Made by a program: the position numbers and the translations under genes. A DNA stretch of 64,000 bases, from contig CAVTHI010000009.1 of the NCBI GenBank assembly GCA_963734525.1, positions 67,429 through 131,428 of the forward strand. The letters are read 5' to 3'. The notes under the pieces are model-generated. The model saw only the letters and a list, made by a program, of their open reading frames with translations. It did not search any database and was not told the origin of the DNA. Shown piece after piece: positions 18,501-26,300 of this stretch. Numbering within the stretch: position 1 is the first letter of the stretch; every line of letters begins with the position of its first letter. The DNA comes from an uncultured archaeon. GTDB lineage: Archaea; Micrarchaeota; Micrarchaeia; Anstonellales; Bilamarchaeaceae.

Positions 18501-19766
18501 GTGACAAGCAGGCGCGTGCCAGACGGGCTGAAGCTCAACACGTACATGGCCGACGCATTCGTGGACCTCCTCATGGCGGTCGAAGCCGGAGGGGGCACGG
18601 TGAACTACCCCTACCTCACGAACGCGGGCAACCGCGGCAGGTGGGCCAGGGAATGGTACCTCGTCACGCCTTCGGAAGCCGAGATAATCACCCGCTTCAG
18701 GGTCAACGAGCGCGACAACGTCCGCTTCCTGCTGATGCAGGGAGCCGAGGCGAGCTCATTGCTCCTGCCCCGCTGCTCGAGCGAAGCCGAATCGCCGGAG
18801 TTCCTGCGCGACATCAGGAGGAACGAGTTCTCGGTCCAATGGAGGACGGAGACCGCTGCCCTCATGAGCGCCGCGCAGCCCGCGCCCGTCGAAGGCCAGC
18901 CGGCACCGGGGCCCGCGGACCCGCTCACGCAGGACGCGACGCGCGAGATTCTCGAGCAGGCGTTCAATACGGTCAAGGGACGGCACCCGGACTGGTTCAT
19001 GGACAGGACGCACGCATACGAGCGCAGGCAGGCGGCGATGCAGGTCCAGGAGCTTGCAATCCAGACCGACACGGCGCTCGACGTGCTCGTCGCACAGCCG
19101 GACATACTGGAGCTTGTCCGGCAGTTCGGCTCCCGCTCTTCGTACTCGATAAACGTGGGCCGCTCGGACGAGTTCATCCAGGTGCTCGACCAGCACAAGA
19201 GGATGGGCGGAAGCCTCGACGACTACAACCCGTACTCGACGGTTCCGAATGCGGGCGTGAGGGTGCAGTATGCCATCCAGATGGGATACATCCAGAACAC
19301 CGAAACGTTCGCGGGCGCCGCGGACAGCCAGGCGAGAAGCCCGGCGACGGCAGGCCCGGCGGCTCCAGGCTCGGCAGGCGCGAGGCCCGCTGGGCCGCCG
19401 CCGATAGTCGACCTCTCGCAGAACGGGCAGAGGTTCTACACGAACCCGGCGAACGAGCCCTTCACGGGATTCTTCGAGGGCGTGATGAGGGGCGCATTCA
19501 CGAGCAGGGGCAACGACGGAAGGGTGTTCCAGGGCGTCATGGCGAGCAGGTTCGCCGGCGACCAGGCGAGGATGGAGCGCGCAATCAAGGAGGACATGTT
19601 CATTTTCCTCCAGAGGACGACGCAGGCCGACATCCTGGGAAGGGACGGCATCGACGTCACCGGAACAGGGGCGGCGATGACCGCGACCGCGCGCGACATG
19701 GCGAAGGCCCGCAACAGCATGCTCAACCACATGAGGGGGTTCGTCTCGGCACTCGGCAGGCAGTAA
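15555..19766 (+). CDS. giant protein G1 (1403 aa), unknown function
   Basis: AGGTGA lies 5 nt before the ATG. Uninterrupted 4.2-kb frame with G/C-rich third positions. Starts MAGPIVGGP, has a Lys/Glu-rich coiled segment, one weakly hydrophobic segment (17754-17850) and Pro/Ala linkers (18275-18390, 19320-19405). No domain I recognise. Confidence 0.85.
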   Translation: MAGPIVGGPDPTGMGQARNVDGAAKRAADTAKGMAAGFSAWREERKIKKDEKDLSRKQEAQRRLDAKAEKAKKAEDAAAPQIDEKAIQGAHMTEFNRFFLDAVRRGQSRTIQATSADSIIREVICHDSFIRAIANVTVRTPLEQMDTEYQKEMGGRRQRLAQQLMKAKEQKEFMIGELTAHELDIIYATMLGTPEDDAIAKTPGAVEIWQNAPWPERLPKPPEAFFMFLESIAIRERPESKGAFIGNVLKKLSVARTFVDTGDTTLRTLVDGAFINDYLYRTSAYPIDTAVESFHSLTATLFATPTSQIEPALGMPGVDYEKGYAQALSEKHAWVEQARQVVAQNQVSLEQAVAAHGTAVAAVEAAQKEVNRYSDYKKRTDKGEKITLRADIILAKNDPRIATALTAARAFLEAKNTELEAATKWLGAAQAAKAKVDKELSRREAECAKYQAEANPQAFARELASHFKSLLEENRDSNVDFGLVADRIAPRLPNPVIDSLLARATELARERDEFAHVFVGSQMADAAAGEEGGKGKSTTDVAHSIIGYRLPQFESKLAEFERAIETAELPDTPEASSKEPLRGIVRGLKHFGVQSSFIDEQIGKVRNAHSQPLRRAVQISVKSLGERSYRNLAGITDQEKIAARMAYEARTGDLEGRPGRTEGKWARFWQNVKYHLFTTESWVSRDRQRPGKLVKLYRWSIASDIEGLHPGNWLTRKPGRRPDGTPYKNWTPRVLDSIWGLTWKGYIVGTLIGGAAITTQEFHWYNPLTWVGRPATVAAQWAFNGSRPIYLPESQDHWYFPWSFTMPKASERQMRRVIDDNYDIPGRLRGRGVEYYKHAYGVGTHRLATEQDDSGMGRRLEWLQRHQDVLTFFQERTTLNMEVQARVVGDRPENCFTTRAPNQPRETMVAPVAAPAGSQTAAPGAAPAAPATATAAPPPQANAPNSCKSVGVTTAELARDYRPVTDPNDGYQPGMKVCCTIQVTSRRVPDGLKLNTYMADAFVDLLMAVEAGGGTVNYPYLTNAGNRGRWAREWYLVTPSEAEIITRFRVNERDNVRFLLMQGAEASSLLLPRCSSEAESPEFLRDIRRNEFSVQWRTETAALMSAAQPAPVEGQPAPGPADPLTQDATREILEQAFNTVKGRHPDWFMDRTHAYERRQAAMQVQELAIQTDTALDVLVAQPDILELVRQFGSRSSYSINVGRSDEFIQVLDQHKRMGGSLDDYNPYSTVPNAGVRVQYAIQMGYIQNTETFAGAADSQARSPATAGPAAPGSAGARPAGPPPIVDLSQNGQRFYTNPANEPFTGFFEGVMRGAFTSRGNDGRVFQGVMASRFAGDQARMERAIKEDMFIFLQRTTQADILGRDGIDVTGTGAAMTATARDMAKARNSMLNHMRGFVSALGRQ

Positions 19767-19812
19767 TTTTTTCCCATTTTTTATTCATATAAAATCCAAT
19801 TCTTTTTTTCCA
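19767..19812 (+). terminator. oligo-T terminator after G1
   Basis: The stop codon is followed by T6, T6 and T7 runs (tttttt cccatttttt att...ttcttttttt). Confidence 0.5.
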
Positions 19813-19814
19813 AT

Positions 19815-19889
19815 CCCCCACCGCAGGGAGGACACCGCGCGGACGCCGCCGTTGCGGCGGGCCGAACGAGGGTATTTTCCCTGCGGGGG
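19815..19889 (+). other. GC-rich nested stem-loop element (possible small RNA or regulatory structure)
   Basis: Outer 12-bp stem CCCCC(A)CCGCAGGGA / TCCCTGCGGGGG with one bulge. Inner 6-bp stem CGCCGC-CGTT-GCGGCG (19844-19859). It sits in an otherwise AT-rich spacer between the terminator and the TATA-like box. Confidence 0.35.
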
Positions 19890-19891
19890 CA

Positions 19892-19906
19892 CCTAATATA
19901 TATAAA
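19892..19906 (+). promoter_or_regulatory. TATA-box-like element upstream of the G2 operon
   Basis: ctaatatatataaag lies about 35-45 nt before ATG 19939. AAGGTG SD at 19926-19931. Confidence 0.35.
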
Positions 19907-19938
19907 GGTGCACAGTGGATTCCTATAAGGTGTTCACG

Positions 19939-20325
19939 ATGCCCAAAAAAGCCGCGAAAACGCAGGAGGTTCCGAGGGTGGCGGGAAACGCAAGGGCGAA
20001 TCCCGGAAGCAGCGAACGGAGCGCCGTCCGCAGCCAGGCCAATCCGAAGAACGTTCCGATAAGGACTGATTCTGCCGCCCTGGAAGAGCAGACGATTTCA
20101 CGCGTCGAGCGCACGATAAGGACGCTCGGGGAATTCCTCGCGAGATGGGATTCTTCCGAGAGCAAGCCCGACAGCATGTTCCCAGAGGTAGTGAAAATCA
20201 GGAAGTTCCACGACCTCCTCAGCGAGTGGCAGAAGGATGCAGTCAGCTCGCGGGGGAAGGGCGATGAGAAGTCCAGGGTGAAGAGGCTGAGGGATTTCGT
20301 AGTTCTGTGCAAGATGTATTCATGA
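19939..20325 (+). CDS. small hypothetical protein (128 aa) leading the G2 operon
   Basis: ATG 19939 with AAGGTG 7 nt upstream (the track starts at GTG 19915). Its stop overlaps the SD of G2. Basic N-terminus (MPKKAAKTQ...), no motif recognised. Confidence 0.6.
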   Translation: MPKKAAKTQEVPRVAGNARANPGSSERSAVRSQANPKNVPIRTDSAALEEQTISRVERTIRTLGEFLARWDSSESKPDSMFPEVVKIRKFHDLLSEWQKDAVSSRGKGDEKSRVKRLRDFVVLCKMYS

Positions 20326-20335
20326 GGTGTTGACG

Positions 20336-23300
20336 ATGGGGGGCTCACAGCTTAGGACGCCGGAAGAAAGCCAGGAAACGAGAAGGATAATCATCCCGAG
20401 AAGGGCGGGGGAAGCCGAGACCGAGGAGACGAGGAGGCTTTACGACCAGGCGGTCGCAACGGTCCGCCAGCTTCAGCAGGTGTCGCGAACGATTACCCTG
20501 CCGGCAGACGTGCGGGCGGAAATCGAGAGCAGGCAGAGAATTGTCGAGTCCATGAGGAGGACCGGCGTCCCGTACCTCCAGGACAGGTACAACAACGAGC
20601 TTGACGAAATATTGTCGGTCCTCGCGCTAGCGAAGCGGGCGAGCGACGCCGGGCGAAGCGTCGACGCATTGCCGCTCCTCGAGCGGGGGACGGCCATGAT
20701 GCAGTACCTCGGGAGGCTGTACGCCGGGGAAGTAGGGTTCATGATTAACGGCGTGCCGCCGAACCTTCGGGCCGGCACGCAGACGCACAACGACCTGCTC
20801 GACTCTGTCGAGGTCGTGATTCTCGATGTCGGCACGGCGAATGCCGCGCGCTCCGACAGGGTGCTGAGGGCATTCAACCTTTACGTGCAGAACGAGACCG
20901 CATACAACACCGACGACGTCGCAATCCGCGGGGAGAGGGATGCGCTCGTCGAGTTCATACTCGACAACGGAGTCAGGGCGGGGGCGGACAAGGCTGCGCG
21001 CGAGCGCAATCCTTATACCGCGGAGCAGGCCGCGCGCGACGAGACGAGGCTGCAGAGGTTCGAGGCGAACATCGCCCGCATCAGCGCCATGCTCAGGCAG
21101 GATAACGTGCAGAGGGTCACGGCATGGAAGGATGACATCACCGGGCGCATGACGCAGCTCTCTGCGGAGGACGCGTCGCGGGGCCTGATGGAATCGCTCC
21201 GCCAGGACATGGACGCGCTCCTTGCCAGGCTCGGGAACGAACGGACCGCACGCGAGGTGCGGGACGAGGACATGCTCACGCTCGAGAACAGGTATCTCAT
21301 GCTCACAGGAAGGCCGCCGGTGCCGACGCGCGAGGCCCGCGACGAGCAGCTCCAGCTGAGCGCGGCCGAACTCCGCGGCTCCGGCACGAGGAGCGACCGC
21401 AGCGCGGCGCGCGAAGGGACGCAGGAATGGTTCGGCGCGCAGGCGCTCGCATTGATCACCGGCGGGAACAGGGAAATCGCAGCGCTTGCGGTAGCGATGG
21501 GGTTCCTTGAAAGGACCGCTTCCGGCTCGACCGGGGGGGCGAGGGCCATCCTCGGGGACGATAGGTACAACGCGATTGTGGCGGTGATTTCCCAGCGCGG
21601 GGATTTGAGCCCGGTACGGGCCAGCCAGTTCGCTACCGAAATCGAGGTCGCCACACTCAGCGCTGACGCGGCGAGGCTCGAGAGGGGCTACCGCATACGC
21701 GGGCGCGGGACGGCCAGGGAAAGGCTCACGAGAATCAACGAGGCGGCAAGAGCCGCCAGGGAACGCATCGACGCCGGGGACATAGCCGGGGCGAGGAGGC
21801 TCCTGGACATGACATCCAGGTATGCAATGTACCTTGATGGCGCCCGGGGAAGGGACTGGGCGGCGTCCGGAGAGATGGAATCCGCATTGGACATGGAAAT
21901 CCGCGGCCAGAACGGCCAGCAGGCGTTCGAGGACGCAATCACACGCAACCAGTTCGCGGCGCAGATAACCGACTTCAGGTCCAGCCTCTCGCAATGGGGC
22001 AGGGGCATCGCAGACCAGAAGAGGGTCGTCGACAGCGGGCTCACGCACGTCGAAGAATTGATTGCGCAGGGCAATTTCAGGGAGGCCCAGGGTGCGCTCC
22101 TTCGGCTCATCATGTATGCGGACTCGGTGGACAAGCTGGGCATCCGCAGGGGCGGGAAAATCGAATCCATGAACCCGCGCTTCGACGGCACCGGCATGGA
22201 GAGGGCGCTCGGGGCGTTCGCCCGCGGGCAGACGCAGATTGACGGAAGGGGCGTCGAAACCGTATTCAATGAAAGCTACGTGGCGGCGCAGAGGGCCGCG
22301 GTGGATGCCGAAGCGGCGAGGCTGGGGGATCTGGCCACGCGCAACCGCTGGACAATCGGGCGGGAAACCGTCGACCTCGCATTGCAGGGCGCAAGGGCGA
22401 GGGCGCAGCAGGGGGATTACGAGGGCGCATTCAGGCTGCTAAGATACGTGCAGGAATTCTACGGCGCTCCGACCGCGGCGAGGGCCGCTTCGGGAGGCCT
22501 GCCGGCCCAGGCCGCAAGGTCCGAGGGCTGGAGGTACAGGCTGGCCGCGCGAGATGGCGCGGGATTCGTGGAAGGCCGCAACAGGTTGATTGACGCGATG
22601 CGGATGGAAGCCGAGGCCACGACGCCCGAGAGGCAGCGCGCGGCAGCGCAGCTTTTCCAGCTCGGCACGCAACGCATAGCGGAGTGCGACATGCTCATGG
22701 CGAGCGCAGCGCAGCTGCGCCAGAGATATGACGGCACCATCGCATTCATCGACGGGAATGCGCAGACCGTGGGAAGGGTCGTCATCGGATACGATGCGCA
22801 GAACAACCCGCTTTACCTGGACCTAGCCCGCATCCGGGAATATGAAAGCACGCATTCGCGCGACCCTGCGCTCGGGACGGGCATGGGGCTCACGGCGCTT
22901 TTCAGGCAGCTCCAGACCGCCGCCAACAACGGCGACATAAGCGGATACAACAGGATTGTAGAGGCGATATTCGGAAGGTACGATTCGCGCACGGGCACGA
23001 CGGTCGGCGGAAGGTTCTGGCTGGTCGCCCAGCGCGCCGCGAGGATGCAGGCCATCGACAGCGTCGTCACCCAGCTCGGCGGCCTTTCAGGCTTCACCGG
23101 CAGCCTCCCGCCATACGACGGGAGCGTCGAGCGCAGGAGGACGCTCGAGACCTCGAGGACAGCGTTGATCACGCGCCTCGAGGCCGCAAGATACACTAAC
23201 GAGGACATCACCGCGAGGGTGGGCGAAACTCCGTCCATCATGGACACCTACGCCCAGCTTCTTAGCAACGTGGACCGCGAACGGAGGACCTCGCTCGCGA

Positions 23301-26300
23301 TTTCAGTGATAACGGAGCAGGCTTCGCTCAGCGACCAGTTCAGGGTGGCAGTTGGATATCCGGGCGGGGAAATCACCACAACGACGCGCAGGCAACTGGA
23401 CGAAAGCAGGCGCTGGCTGGCGGAAGCCAAGACGGCGGCATTGGAAGGCAGGTTCGAGGATTCCGCAACGGCATACGACCGGGCCATCGAAGCGAGGATT
23501 GACGCGATGCAGACGTATTGGGCGAGGTCGGTCACGACCTTGACCGACGCGATGTCCGTCCACCGCGCAAGCCACCTGGACAGGCCTGACGAGAGGTTCT
23601 TCCCGGTGCTCCGCATGCAGCATGACGAATTGGAGGTCGCCCCGTACCGCGAAGCGCACCGGACGGTCTACCGCGACCTGCTTTTCGGCAACGTTTCCGG
23701 CGAGACCGCGCGTGCGCACGGCGAGCGCATGCAGAGGAGGATACAGGGCACGGTGATGATTGAATCGTCGGTGTTCGGCATACCCGCCGGTTCCACGGCA
23801 CAGCAGATTCTCAGCGATTTCAAGAGGGACCAGGCCAGCGTGCGCCAGTCGGTCTATGCTGGGTGGAGGGCCGAGGACCAGGCGATGAGGACCGCGGACC
23901 CGGGCGAGCGCCAGTACCAGATGGCCCGCGCCACGCGCGAATATGACGAAGCACGCTCGACCATACAAGCGATGCAGCTCCAGGCCGAGCGCGCGAGGAT
24001 GGTGGCGCAGGTCGCTGTCCTCGGGCTGGCTATCGCAACATTGTTCATCCCGGTCGTGGGCATATACATCTCGGGCGCGATATTCATCGGCTCGCAGGTC
24101 GAAGGGATGGTCACCGAGTACAGGATGAACGGAACGGTATCCACCGAATCGTGGGTCATGTTCGGAGTCACTGTCGCGACGCTCGGCTTCGCGGCGGTAG
24201 GCGGCGTCATCCGTACGGTCGCGATCGGGGCGCGCGTGAGCGCCGAGAGCCTTGCGCTCGCAGGCAACCTGGCCAGGGCCGAGCAGATGATGGCTTCGGC
24301 AAGCAGGTACGCCATGGCGAGCCGCGCATTCACGGGCACGGCCCTCGGCCTCGGCATCGGCATGTCCGGATACATGGAGTTCAGCGCATACCGCATGTAC
24401 CAGGAGTCGCAGAGGACGAACGACCCGGTGAGGAAGGAAGCGCTTTTGCACCAGGCCATGCTCACCGCGGGCATGGGACTGTTCCCGCTGCTCCACATGG
24501 GAGTGGCGTACGGATACAGGGGCATGACCGCCCCGCCCCGCATGAGGGCGGCGGCCGCCCTCGAGGAGATAACTCCTGCAAGGGAGCTCGTACCTGGAGA
24601 GGCCGCAGAGGCGCCCCTTGCGAGCAGGCTCAGGACTGCGGACGGATTATTCGAATTCATGGGAAAGTTGAGAAGCACGGAGGCGAGCGTGCGCGCGGCC
24701 GCAGAGGCCGAGCTGGCGACGATTCCGAATGCCGCGATGAGGACGGGCGTCGCAAGGCTCGCCAGCGATGCGAGAATCGGCAACGCCACATACCTGAACC
24801 TGCTGCGTTCCCTGCAGAGCGGGGAGCTGACGCCGTACGGAAGGGCCGAGCTCGAAGGCGCGCTTGGAAGGCTCACGCCCGAGCTTCCGCCCGAAGGCGG
24901 ACCTGGCGGAGGGCCGCGCGGAGGCGGGCCGAGGACGACGAGACCGGAAGTGGATGCCGCGGGATTGTCGGAGTCGGGGGGGCTTTTCGGATTCCTCCAG
25001 GACCTGCTGGTGCCTAACGGCGCGCCGGCGCCTGCCTTGAATGCGAGGGCCGCCGCGAGGGCGACGCTTGCAAGGCTGAGGCTGGACCCGAGGACGACTC
25101 CGGTAGCGGACGCAATCGACAATATCGTAGGGAACCCTGAGCGCGGGATAGCCGGCAATCCGGCCATCCGCGCAGCAATCGAAGGCGAACGCGCGGCGAA
25201 TCCGTCGGCTCAGCCGCCGGCATTCGCAGACATCGACCCGTTCACATCAAGAGGCTTGAGCAATGCAGCGCGCGGCATCGCACGCAACGTGAGGGAGCCG
25301 GTCCGCGAGGCGGCGGTTCTCGAAGCGACGACCGGCCTGCCGATTGAAGATGCGGTGGGACAGCCCGTGCCGCTGCGCCCAGGCCAGGCCGAAGGCGTCG
25401 GAACCGCAGTTCCGGTCCGCGCCATGGCCGGCGAAGGGCCTACAGGCGGAGGCAGGGGAACCGGAGGCGGGGAGCCCGTCCCGGGAAGAGCCGGGCCTGC
25501 TGAGATAGGCGGACCTGCCAGAGGCGGCAGGGGAACCGGAGGCGGCGCGAGGCCGCCAAGGGGAGCCGCCCCGCGTGGGCCTGCCGAAGGAGAAGCGCCC
25601 GCGCAGGCAGGAGGCCAGCAAATCAACATCACAGTCCAGCCGCCGGCTCCGCAACCAGGCAGGGTTGTCCGGGCAGGCAGGTGGATAGGAGGGCGAGTAG
25701 CAGGCGGATACCGCGCCGCCGGAAGATGGGCCCGCGGGGAAGCTGCGCTCGAGAACGTCCCGGTGCTCGAAGCCGAGACGGACGCGATGATTGCGCAGAG
25801 GATTGACGCGACTGTCGCACAGAGCCCGCAGAACGTCGTCGCCATGATGAGGATGATTTACGACCGCGCTATGAGCCCGCAGACGAGGGTGGCCACGCGC
25901 GCCCAGTGCATGGAGATACTCGAGGGGCTATACCGCCACCCCGAGGTCCAGCGGCTAATCGCTGCCGCGGCAGACTCGAGGCCGGCCACCGCGGCAAATC
26001 CGAGAGCAGTTGCATATGACCCGAAGATTGCCGAGATGCAGGGCAACATAGTGCGCGGCATCGACACGAACGTGCAGGTGCAGGGTGTCACTGGCAGGAC
26101 CCCGGATATTAGAAGGCAGGCATACCTGGATTCGCTTCCCGAACTGACGCAGGTCCAGCGCGGCATCATGGTGGATGCGCTCGAAGCGCAAGGCGCCGCG
26201 CAGGGATTGCCGCCGCTTGCGGCAACGGCCGAGGTGCTCGGCCTCGAGCTCAACGCCGCCCAGAGGGCGAACGCGCTGCTGCGCCTCGTGGAGACCGGCA

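Noticed and set aside
18137-19792. 551-aa alternative + frame inside G1, plus similar long ORFs inside G2-G5 (e.g. 20627-22048, 23303-24496, 23854-25167, 30009-31013, 30877-32007, 36137-37228, 40358-42022, 42255-43202)
   Set aside because: All lie within the much longer giant frames, have Arg/Gly/Pro/His-dominated composition and lack SD-led starts. They are GC-driven open frames.
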